64,000 nucleotides of DNA from Amoebophrya sp. A120 (Eukaryota; Protista; Dinoflagellata): NCBI GenBank assembly GCA_905178155.1, contig CAJINV010000008.1, positions 4,329,468 through 4,393,467 on the forward strand, written 5' to 3'. This document shows positions 26,301 through 37,365 of this stretch, piece after piece (position 1 is the stretch's first letter; each line of letters begins with the position of its first letter). The position numbers were made by a program, and so were the translations under genes. Under the pieces are notes generated by a model that searched no databases, had not been told where the DNA came from, and saw only the letters and a program-made list of their open reading frames with translations.

Positions 26301-27109
26301 GTGTGCCGGTTTCTACTCTCGCTCGCTATGTGGGCAAACCAGCCACGAAAAGGATCGCCCACGCCTGCAGAAAAGTGATAAAGTTCCTCCTGACAACGAA
26401 GGAAGTGGGACTATCGTACAGTCCAGAGGAAGAAGCGAAGTTCAATGAGATTTATCAGAAGCTGGCGCCGGAGGGCAGGAACGTGCCGCGTCTGAGCCTG
26501 TTCTCTGATGCTGGTTTCGCGAATTGTTTGAAGACGATGCGTTCTACCACCGGCTCGATTATGTACTACCGCGGCTTCCCGATCTGCTGGCGCAGTAATC
26601 GGCAGACCGTGCGTGCGTATTCGACGGCGGAGAGCGAGTATATCGCCGCCTCTGACACTATTGTGCTCAGTGAGCAAAACGATTTCGCTGACTTCTTTGC
26701 TCCTCTACCTACCAAGATGGTAGAAACGCAGTACGGCTTATCCCCATCCCTGGACGATGCCATCTTGTGGGTGGGCAACCAATCCGCAATCGCTACGGCC
26801 AAAAGCACAGACACAAAACCGAAGTCACGGCATTACGCTCTACGCTGTCTGCGTGTGCGAGATGCTGCCAGTCGTATAGTCTTTTGCCCGACGCATCTGA
26901 TGAAGGCAGATGGGCTTACGAAGCTGGAATGCTCAGCCCCACAGCGCAGGCTGCTTTTGCATCACGTAGACAATCCAGTCATCGCCTGTGACTCTTCACA
27001 TCCTGACGCCCAGTCGGATGATGCGGATGATTCTGATGCCCTTTATACTAGTTTCTACGATGATAGTGGAGTAGCTTTAGTGTTGTACGCTGTAGACTTT
27101 GGATTTTAG
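23338..27109 (+). pseudogene. pol: copia pol (protease, integrase, RT, RNase H), frameshifted
   Basis: LVDSCA (PR); PEQNGTCER and GVFLG (INT); HKARACVLG, DLDSAFL, YGLKDAPRAW, YVGD replacing YVDD (RT); FSDAGFA, STAESEYIA, ADGLTK (RH). Split over four ORFs. Confidence 0.92.
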
Positions 27110-27213
27110 CCCGAGGAGGGGCGTGCGTGCATATTTTATATCAGCTTTTATATCATGGAAGAAGGCGTAGTAAGGCTCTTGGAGGCTCACAGACTGCATC
27201 GATTGAGGAGGGG

Positions 27214-27710
27214 CGTTGGTCATGTGATCAGAACCCTCGCGCAGCTGTGTCTGAAGCTTCTCAAGATGATCTGAAATGCCTGTTCCCAATGAAATGACAA
27301 GACCGGAATGACCTGAACTAGCTAGATCCTAAAGGAATCTCTTCACCATTTGACCCGAATCCCCCAAATACTACGAAGGCAAAGCCATCGCGATCGGAAT
27401 GAAATGAAGGGACTCCGCTCGTGTTAGACGTTCAGAATGACCACCCTGAGGGGGTTGACTCCCGTCAGGGTTGAGCACCTTCCCGACAGCATTGAGGGAG
27501 GTACTCCCATGCTTTTTAGCCACTTGACTCTGACCAGGATCAGGGTCATTCCATGTGATGGATTTGAATGACATTGAACCCACAGGATGCAACGCAGCCA
27601 GAGGCTTTCGCCCTGTCTGCTGAGAGATTGAAGTGCTGGAATTGATTGAAAGACCTGTTTAGGTAGAAGCTTTAGTCACTCAGTGTGGCAGGTGTATTCA
27701 AAGTCCAACA
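27214..27710 (+). repeat. 3' LTR
   Basis: Match to 21513-22009. Preceded by the polypurine tract. Confidence 0.95.
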
Positions 27711-27715
27711 CAAAC

Positions 27716-29118
27716 AAACATCGGACGGCGATCCGGCAGAAAAAATAAAAAACATCAGCGACGAGGTCATGAATGAAGACGAAGGCCTGTTCGAAGCCGA
27801 ACACGACTCGACTGCAAGTGATGACAAGAACACTGGTGCTGAAGACGATGACAAACAGAACGGCATGATGCTGCGCAGTCTTTTGGACTCAGTGCGATCC
27901 GCGTTGAAGACATGCAGCGACCCGGCTTCCGAACACAACGGTAGTGGACGCGTTAACGACGAAGCAGAACCTAAAAAAGAGATACCCGGATTAAGCATAC
28001 CACTTACTCCCAGCTATGCAATGCGAACAATCTGCAGCATTCTCTTGAAAAAGTTTTCTACCGACGAGGACGCCAAACAAGCTGCGGCGTTCTTGCAGAA
28101 TCCGCTGGAACATTTTTCTCCTCCAACTCTTCCACAGATAGACCTTGAATATCCTGCCTCAGGCGGACTGTCCTCCATTCAGCCTCACCAAGGTGACAGC
28201 GGCGCAGGCCCCACCTCCCCAGAACACGCACTCCCTAATGGCGTAGACGAGACGGAAAACTATCCCTTCCCTGCTACAAAGCTCGCCGACGGGGAGAACA
28301 TGACCCCATCGCAGTCGCAGGCAAGGGAAAGGGATGACTTTACTCTGTCAGCTCTGCAGCTAGAGATGAACCCGGCCGCAACTATAGGCAATTTTGTTGG
28401 GGAGAAAATGTCTGGTGTTCTCGTGCCTGCAATCGCCAACGCCGTGGCGGGCGGCATCGCAAACGCAATTGCGCGCGAAGTGGTCACGATGTTGCAGGAA
28501 GTGCTTGTCCCTCTGCTCGAAGAGAGCCTGTCTACGGTCCTCGGTCTTGTGGCGGCTGAAGCAATTGGCACAACGCCGATCTCTCTCGGAACCCCGATCG
28601 CCATGTTTGCTGGCCTCGGCGTGAAGGTGTATGTGTCGCACGTGTTGGAGAAGAAACCCATTTGGCTACGCAAGCTCCAGTGGTCTGTGGCACCAGTGAT
28701 GCAAAAGTTTGTGGAGTGCTCCGTCGCGATCAGCGTTAAGCAAGCGCTAGGTGACGGCAATAAGGCAAACGAAGATGAAGCAACCGATGAAGCGTGCAAA
28801 CCGGACAAACGAAACGACGAAAGCGCGGAAGACAATGCCGTGCTCTTCGGAGAGCTATCTGCTGCGATTTCTTCATTGGGTCTGACGTCAAGCGATGAAG
28901 GCACGGCAGAGGTTGAGGAAGGGTTTGCGACCGTCCTCAAGGAATATCTCTCTTGGAGGAAACCATTTCCAGGACTGCTCCAGTTTACAAGAGTCGGAGA
29001 AGAAATGACCGCCAAACAGGACGCCGCCGAGGCATCCGACGGCGAAGAAAAGTTTCGTCTTCTTGCAGTCGAGAATGGTAAGGACAAACTGCAAGTGCTC
29101 GGGTTGCACGTTTTATGA
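27716..29118 (+). CDS. Continuation of the host exon interrupted by the copia element
   Basis: Removing the element plus one CAAAC gives CTC AAA CAA ACA TCG (...RGTLK-QTSDGDP...). The frame stays open for about 1.4 kb and has the same helical/hydrophobic style as the 5' part. Confidence 0.75.
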
Positions 29119-29779
29119 CCAAAGACTTCTTCGCTTTCCGATTCCGTGTGAAGAGAAGGTATGGGACACAGCAAAAGCCGCTTTTTCGGCACTTATGTGT
29201 AACTATGGATCTCTGTCTGTATCTATGCATAGGCACACTTAGAGTTGCCTACGGTGACGCTAACGATGTCAGTGCCTTATGGTCGTGCAAGGCTGGCACT
29301 GCACTTGTGACCGCACAGCTTTGCACCTTTAGAACCAACGTGGCCTCACTCGCACATCACGCAGGGTCATGATCGTCATAGTCGGTGACGTACTTAGGAA
29401 AGTGAACGATTTGAACTCTGGCGACGTCGGCCGTAGTTCGGTAAGCCTCATGCTCGTTTCGCATGAAGCACAATAAGCGCGGCACTGACGCCTGTAAATG
29501 CATACAGCTGCAGCCATCAAAAGTGACTATCATAATTGACTATGATGACATACCTAGGAGGACGACAAGAGCGTAGCCTTGTGTCATCTTTCTCATGCGA
29601 ATGCTAAAAGCGCACAAGTGTAGAAGTGCGTCAAATAGTATTTCGCTTGGCAAGCGTAAAAGCGAAGCGCTCCATTGCCATAACGGAAGGGCAGCCAACT
29701 TCTAGAAAACGATGAGTTATTCAAACGATTCGGGAAGGGAAAACACCTCAAGATCGCGGGCGACCCCGCAGCACTCGAG

Positions 29780-31039
29780 ATGACCGTGGCCGAGAACTTG
29801 CGAGACATTCGGTCCGAGGACGGTAAAAATGATCTGATGCGCGACTACGATCTGGTTCCAGGTAAAGACGCAGGAACCGAGAAAAGCCAAAGCGATGATC
29901 GTGACTTGGGCACACTTGCACTGCATGAATGTCACGCGATTCGAGAACGCATCATGGGTCCAGAAGAAAACGAGGTTAAAGCGACCGGAAAAGACCGCCT
30001 AGCCGAATTTATTTTAAGAGTAAAGGCTAAAGTCGCGAAGTTTTTGAATCCGAACTATGTGACGCCACTCGACGATCCACGTTTTATCATGAAAGAGTGC
30101 GGTGCTATTTTGCAATCCGAGGATCCGTCAGTGGAGAAGAGGATTCCGATGTTTGTCTCGGGCAAAAGCTACTTCATTGTGAAAAAAGTGCTGATGCTAC
30201 GAACATTAGCCTAGCTACGGTCAACATTATCCGCTGGACGCGCACGGCTAAGAAGAACAGCAAGTATTGTGTCTCAGTGGCAAGTGGTCATCCCGCGGGT
30301 TAGTTTTCATCCGCGGAAGGCCATCCCATATAAAAGAAAAATGACCGTCTACGATGATATATTCCTCCACCTTTCTTGCATGTCGTGTGTCTTTCTTCAA
30401 TCGTCTGACTTCGTACTTGCAGCTGCAGCAACGTTCACCGATGAAGTGTGCCTGCATAGATGCGTTCTCAAAATGTATGCATCCTATCTTCAGATCTGTC
30501 CTGTGTGGCCAGTAGGCGAAAGTTGGCCGTATCTTTCCACTTCATGCAGACCAACGAAAAATTACTCGGAGTTGGACCTTGATGCTATTAAAACGCAAAA
30601 ACCGGAAAGGGACTTCGAAGGGTACTACGACAAAGTGGAAAGGAAACTGAAAACAAAACAAGAATGCCCCCAGGGATACGAATTTCTTCTGGCAACGAAG
30701 GCAAACGGCAAATGCAAGAATTTTTGCGATGCGCTCAGAAAAGTCAATATGAACGACATCGAGTTTTGCGACTGGGAACGCAGAGGCGGAGTTAGGGGAG
30801 TTGCTAAACAAGCAACAAGAGCACGACCATGGCCAAGGGCACCATGGTCAAAGAAATCCTTTTCCTCCTCGTCTGCCATAGAAATGGCATCTAGTATTCA
30901 AACCTGTGCCTTCAAGACGGAGATCCTCGGCAAGCACGATCTGTATTGGGTGTGCAAGAAGAAATCTGCATCTGCGGATTCCAGTTCCAGTGCAGCTGTG
31001 GAAATGGAGAATGATATGCGTGTCGATATCACAACGTAA
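29780..31039 (+). CDS. Further exons of a hypothetical protein (probably the same gene), includes a Cys-containing module
   Basis: ORFs 29780-30214 and ~30540-31039 (CPQGYEF...CKNFC), recalling CKNYC in the upstream part. Confidence 0.45.
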
Positions 31040-31406
31040 ATTGGATGCCGTTGGAGTCAAGATAAAGGTCCACGATTGCGATTGTGCCAGTATGCATAAC
31101 AGTTTCCAAGGTTGTTTTGCTACCGATGCGAAGAATAATTCGCCTTGACTCCAATCTTACTATTCATACATCAAGTCGATGACTTTCTCGATAGCAATAT
31201 GCTGAACAAGTTACCGGATCACCTGGAGTCATTGAAAGCTAACGCCGATGCCGATCTGAAACACCTACTGAAAGGCGCGAACTGGGACCACGCTCATGGT
31301 CTTGTTTTGGCTACGATCCCTTTTCATTTATTTCAGCTAGATTGATGGTTTTGAATAGACTAGTCGTGACCTTTGCACCAAATGTTCCCTGTCTGCAAAC
31401 ACAGAT

Positions 31407-32003
31407 GTGACCGCGGAACCTTCTCCAGCTGTCGGAACGCCGCCGGCAAGAAAGTCTGCTATTCCTAGTCTCTCGCACGCACAAGAAGACACGGCTCCTG
31501 GCACGCGACATGATCAAGCGAAAGCGAAAGCGCAGTTTCTTGCTGACGAGCAAGATGTGGCACCTACCGCTCCTTTGACGAAGTCTTCGACCGGCGAGAC
31601 AACTGGAATCGACACCATGCCAGATCGCAGCTCTGTTGCCGCCCAGAGGCCTCCGACGCCAGTTACGGACGGTGTCGTCCGCGGCAACCCCGTCCAGGCA
31701 CGAGTGCCAAGCGGAGCAATCCCGGTCCCCGCACCAGCCGTTGCCACGAGAGCCTCCGTCGTTCTCTCCGCGTCGACCATTGACGACGTTGCTGAGGCGC
31801 CAGCTGTGCACCAGCGCGTGAAAACGCCCCACACGGAGGACAAACGAATGGACGAAGGTAATGCGGCGTCGGCCACCCGTCCCCCACCAGAGCCGTCCTA
31901 TGGTTCCGGGAGCGCACCAAATGCGGACCAGCACACGAAAGACTCCGATGTCGCGGCACACCGTCAGGGCGCAGGGTCTGCTCCCCGGGAGCTTTACTCG
32001 TGA
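31407..32003 (+). CDS. Low-complexity Ala/Pro/Thr-rich terminal exon
   Basis: 198-codon GC-rich ORF followed by AT-richer sequence. Linkage to the upstream gene is uncertain. Confidence 0.4.
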   Translation: MTAEPSPAVGTPPARKSAIPSLSHAQEDTAPGTRHDQAKAKAQFLADEQDVAPTAPLTKSSTGETTGIDTMPDRSSVAAQRPPTPVTDGVVRGNPVQARVPSGAIPVPAPAVATRASVVLSASTIDDVAEAPAVHQRVKTPHTEDKRMDEGNAASATRPPPEPSYGSGSAPNADQHTKDSDVAAHRQGAGSAPRELYS

Positions 32004-33062
32004 GTCAGCTGCCCTGCTCGCATGGCGGTTTTTCCACGGCAGAAATACTAGTTCGGAACGCAAGTGCAAGGACATGACCAGTGTTGTTAAGTACGAATTT
32101 TTCTTTGAACGACATGAGAGTTGTGACACTTTGGATTTCAGTTTTTTGAGTCTCCCGTAAGTAGTTTGAGTAGAGGGCGGGAAAAGCACACGTTTTGTAA
32201 TGGAGAATTGCTGCAGTGCTGCCGGCACTTGCACGTTATGATTTTGGATTGGCGCGGGAAGAGGTACATTTTCGTTTTCTACTGTACTAGCACTAGATTT
32301 TTTTGAATCTGCCCTAGATCCAAGATCTACAGCAAAATTAGGTGTCGAAATTGTCCATATTTGTAAAGGAAAAACGAAATTCCAAAAATGGCCTCGAATG
32401 TTGGTTTTTTGTAGAATGCGTTGTACAACATGATATGTTTCAAAAATAAACTGCATCGTGTATACTTCTAGAGTACGTCGGGAAATGCGCTCTTGGTTGC
32501 AGACACCCACAGGTAGTGCTTCGCGTGCAGGCTGACTCTTGCTGGTTGCTGTTTTCGTGTCGCTTAGCAGGCAGCTACTCAAAGGAACTCGTCCATGCAA
32601 AACCCCACCGTGAGTGCTAGTTTTCCTTTTCGTGTCTCTCGATCGAGATTTGGCGTGTAGTGATGAGAAATCTACTTCGCGTGTCGTTGTATATTGAGGA
32701 AAATAAATGACCAGCGGAGCAGCAGCATTTCTTGTTGCGAATTACCTTGTATTTTCTCACTTTCCTTGCCTCATCGTAACCGCTTCTCTTTGCATCTCGA
32801 TCAACGTTATTTGTCTCACAGAGATAGTCGTGTCGCGTTGACCTTCTCGCACAGCCCATCGACGTACTTACCGATCACCAGCACCAACCCTCACGTCTCG
32901 CCGCACAAGGCACTCGTCTCCGATATTTGTTCGCAATTCATCACGGAGTTCAGCAAGTTTCAACAAAAAATGAGCATCAGCTTCTTTTCTGCTGGGAAGG
33001 CCGAAATTTTTCAAGTCCACTATGAGGAGGATGTGGAACTCTCCGACACAGAGATCTTGTAG

Positions 33063-36000
33063 TTGGATGCACCGGAAAACGAGCAGCAACAGGTGGTGAC
33101 ACAAAGAATGGTCTGCTACGAGAGTGCCACATTGCCATCAAACTCCTCCAGCGACATTATTCTCGCAGAGGGGGATGCAACTGCGGCTCCACCGCACAAA
33201 GTACAACATCTCGACTCTAGAGAGCGGCAATCCCTCCGCGATGAAGATGGACAAAAAAATTTTCAACCGTTTGGCTACACTTCCACCAAGATCCAACGTA
33301 GAAAACCGCTCTTTGTGACGGCCCTCTGGTCAACATCACTCCCTATCTGGGATGTGAAAACCAAGCTCACACTGATTCTTTTCGCGTTGGTGCTATTGAC
33401 TTTCGCGGATGGAGGCGGTGTGCACTATGAGCGACAAGCAGGAGGACAAAGCCAGGAGCATGTTGCTGCGGACAGCGCGGGGATGCAGCGCGTGGCTTCA
33501 GACCACGAGCACTTGCGGGTCAAAAATTCGAAGAAATTTCGAAACGAAAGAAGGACCGATGTGGTGGTCGCTCCAGTGTATCCTCACTCGCCAGCTCCGC
33601 GGGGAAGGAGGACGCAACGTGTTCCTCCGGGCGAGCACGATGGGAGGAACAACATCCTTGCACAAGATGATTCCGCTGCAGTGGTAGTTTCCTCAAAACC
33701 TACGAGCACAGCGAATCTGGTGGAGACCAGCCGTATATCCGGCTATTCGACAGAAGTGGTAAATAATGCTTTTGCGTCCCCCAACACATTAACTGCATAT
33801 CAGGAACCTACCAACCTCGCCCGACTCCGCTCGATCGAAGCGGAGATTGAGTTTTCGTGGGCGAGTTACTGGGCCCGGGCCCGTGGGCACGACGAGGTGG
33901 GCCCGATTTCTGGCGCGGCGAAGGACTGGGACTACTCTCTGGCGTTTTTCGTCGACGGACTGGACACGCTGTTGCTCGCTGCAGGATCATCTTCGGAGAG
34001 GACGAGGACAGACGAAAATAATACCACTTCAGTTTCCCTACCCAGCCACGTGGACGCAGCCTTGCGGTACCTATGCCAGGGTGAGGGCAAGAAGTTTCTG
34101 CTCGGTGGAACTTCCCGCGGGCGAGACAGCGCAAAGGACGTCTCGTTCTTCGAGACGACGATCCGCAGGCTGGGGGGCTTACTCGGCGCATACCACGTTT
34201 GGGAAACGGGTTTTCAGCAGCGAGTACAGCCTGCTTTCGATGAAGAGAGGAAGAACAAGAACCTGGAACATGACTCGACCAGCTACCCCTCGTGTTTCCA
34301 GGAGCTGATTAGGGACACCGCGATAAGACTGCAAACTGCGTTTGCTGAGTTTCCCGACAAGGTGAGGCGTGACAGTGGAACAAAAGCGCCACCGCACAAG
34401 AAGTTTTTCTTCCCGCGCGGAGAAGTCACTTTGTTCGCAACCGAGGACGACAAGGCTGGTACTTTTGACCACGCCCCCGCTGACCAGGGCCGCTTCAACT
34501 CGGGTCGCACGCAGGTCGGCCTGGCGGAGGCCGGGTCCAACCTGCTGGAGTTCGAAGACGCGGCGGCGATTTTGCAGGCCCCGGAGCTTGCAGAGCGATC
34601 CAAGCGGGTGATGGCAGAGGTGAATGCTGAAGTGCGCAGATCGTACTTGTTACCAGCTGCGCCCGATGGGGATGTCAGACACGGAGGGCGAGAGACACGA
34701 AGCCGAAGCTCACTACCCGGGCGGCTGATCGAGCCGATGCCTGAGAAAGATGCGGATGAGAACGATGGCCGCTTGTACTTGCGCAGCGAAAACAGGCACG
34801 TTCGAGCTAAAAGCATCGGGCCGCTTGGCGCGGCATCACACTCGGAGAAGCAGCTGCGTCTGCACTCGAGTGGCCAGGCGACCGTCTCCGCCGGCACGGA
34901 CAGCTACTACGAGTACCTGCTCAAGGGGTGGCTGATGGCGAACCCAGGTGGCGGGACGGGTGCAGCGAGAGGAAACCAGGAAGACTACCTACAGCTTTGG
35001 GTCGACGCAATGCGGACCATGCGGAGTCAATTGATGCGGCCGATTCCACAGACTTTCTATATCGCGATGAAAATTTTTGTGGCGAAGGCGGGGTCAACCT
35101 CGGAACTTTCTTGTTACCTGACTATGTAGAAGGACTAGACGCAAACCTTGGTGTTGTCGGACTTCCAGGAGCTGAATAGATGTAATTCTATGACTTTCCT
35201 GAAAACTGCTTTTGTTCACACCAGCAGACCGTCTCGCTTGCCGACTTATTTCTGAAAAAATTTTGCTCACGACGTGTAGTTCTCACAATCATGATTTTCA
35301 CTGCGATTTTTCCCCCAGCACCGAAGGAGCATCATGATTCCGACCAGACTCCCGCCACTCTCTACTTTCTCGCGGACACTCCGGGCGCCAGCACCATGCA
35401 GCACTTGGGCTGCTACGTGCCGGGAATGATGATTTTGGCCTTGTACGGCACGGAAGGCGAAAGGGATGCAGTTGCCCTCCCAGGGCAAGCATCAGGAAAG
35501 AAACTGCCTTTCCTGGTACGGGCGGGATTTTTATCCGGCCAAGAGGAGTTCGACGCTTTCTTGCAGACCGCCAAGCACCTCCTGCGGACCTGCTTGGCCT
35601 TTCACGACGCCGATGAACGGTTTTTGGCGCCCGAAGTGGTGCGGTTCGGCAAGCGGACCGGGAAGATGGGGATTATCGACGGCAAGAACCAGCTGCGCCC
35701 GGAGATTCTCGAGAGTTTGTTCTACTTCTACTACTTCGACGTGGATATTGTGCCCAGGAGCTCGGAGGAAAAACGACATGGAAAAGGCCAGCCTGCTGTA
35801 CCGTTCCCGCACTTCGACGCATGGTCGGCGTTTCCAGGGGAAACTGCTGACGGCCGAGGTGGAGCCGCGATAAGTACTAGGGGAGCAGAGAAGATTTCTT
35901 CATCTGTCGTATCTCCATCACTGTCCCGATCCCGCGTCTACTACCGGAATTTTGCATGGAGGATTTTCTCTGTTTTCAAGAAGTTTGCGAAGACGAAATA

Positions 36001-36346
36001 CGGGTATGCGAGCACCGACGTGGTGGAGGGAGACAAAGTAGAGGGTAGTAGCGTTTCGGCGGAAGAAGTGGGAGAAGGTGACGAAGATGGATCGAAAACC
36101 ATTCCGCGCCACGAGGACAAGGAGGAGTCTTTTTGGCTCGCGGAAACGCTGAAGTACCTGTACATGATTTTCCAAGAGCCAGTGGTTTTTGGAGCTTCGT
36201 CTTCTCAAATTTCTGTCGCTGGAACCGGAAACACAAACAGCCAAACTTCCGCAACCTCCGGCATAATCGACCTAAACCAATTTGTGCTGAATACTGAAGG
36301 ACACCCAGTGCGACGGCGCGTATCATCCGACAGCTGGCCTAGGTAA
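33063..36346 (+). CDS. Glycoside hydrolase family 47 (class I alpha-1,2-mannosidase), type II membrane protein; one intron at ~35050-35315
   Basis: Motifs VDGLDTL, SFFETTIRRLGGLLGAY, LAEAGSNLLEF, DSYYEYLLK, HLGCYVPG, LRPEILES, ESFWLAETLKYLY, NTEGHP. N-terminal TM LTLILFALVLLTFA. The intron has IR atcgcgatgaaaat/attttcactgcgat. Confidence 0.92.
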
Positions 36347-37365
36347 GAAAGTATTTCCTTGTCGATGTCTGGTTTCAATTTTTCTTTGACTCTATTGTAC
36401 AATCAAACAATCCGATCTTTTTCTGCAATATGGGTAAAACGTACTTCAACCGATTTCCCTTGCCACCCACTGTACAGAATACCACATTGATGTTTCTCAT
36501 GATGTATCAACTGTTTTCTCTCCAGGTCGTGTGTGGTTTAAGAAGATATGAAGTATCTCATTCCAAAGTTTCTCCATTCAATTTTCATGCGTTTCGATGT
36601 TTCTACTTTGTGATGGCTTCAACTATGCTGTTTGTGCTTTGCCTTGTCAGCGGTATGCATCACTCTTTTCCTTGACAGTACCACTCGAGATGTGTGTCTC
36701 ATTTTGAATTGTACCTACGAGAACGAAGAAAGAAGCCATCCGCTTTTTTTCCGCGCGACGTCGCTCGCAGCCCGATTCTGGAACTCAGCAAGGTGTTGCG
36801 AAGGATCTTTCGTTGGTGGTTTTTCCTCGATTTCATAACTTTGCAATTTTGTCTTGTTGCATTTTGATCGGACAGTGTCGAGGAGGGACTCGGATCTTCG
36901 AAAAACGTGATAAAACGTCGAATTGAAATCGGCCAAAAAACGCGTCGACAGAGAGCGAGACCTCTATGGAGGAACCAAAACGCTGATCGACAAATAACTT
37001 TCTGATCTTGATTTTGTTTATTTCGCTTGATTTCGGGCTGCCAAGAGGGTCAAAATCGTTTGACTTCTTTCCGATTTGTTTTTAACATTTATTTTATGCC
37101 GTAAAAGATCAATATCGTGCGAATTCTTGAACCAAAACGAATTTGCATTCATCAAAATAAATGGCGCACGCGTAAATTGTGCATCTGCAACATCCTGTTT
37201 TCGTAATTTTCGATATTGAAATTGTCTGTGCCCAGCCTTTTGCGCATTCAAGCACGTTCGAGATAGTACACAGGTGCGTGAAAGAGGTGGCTGAAGGATA
37301 AACTTGTGCCTATTCCAGATGGCTGCTAGTACTTGATTGTAAAATAAAGCGCTACAGAAATAAGT

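Larger units (their letters stand above)
21513..27710 (+). mobile_element. Full-length, decayed Ty1/copia LTR retrotransposon
   Basis: 497-bp LTRs, outer ends TGTTGG...CCAACA, TSD CAAAC (21508-21512 and 27711-27715), PPT gaggagggg before the 3' LTR, domain order gag-PR-INT-RT-RH. Confidence 0.97.

Noticed and set aside
31311-32600. 429-aa minus-strand ORF (and similar antisense ORFs at 28260-29192 and 43774-44709)
   Set aside because: These are shadows of plus-strand coding sequence with implausible composition.
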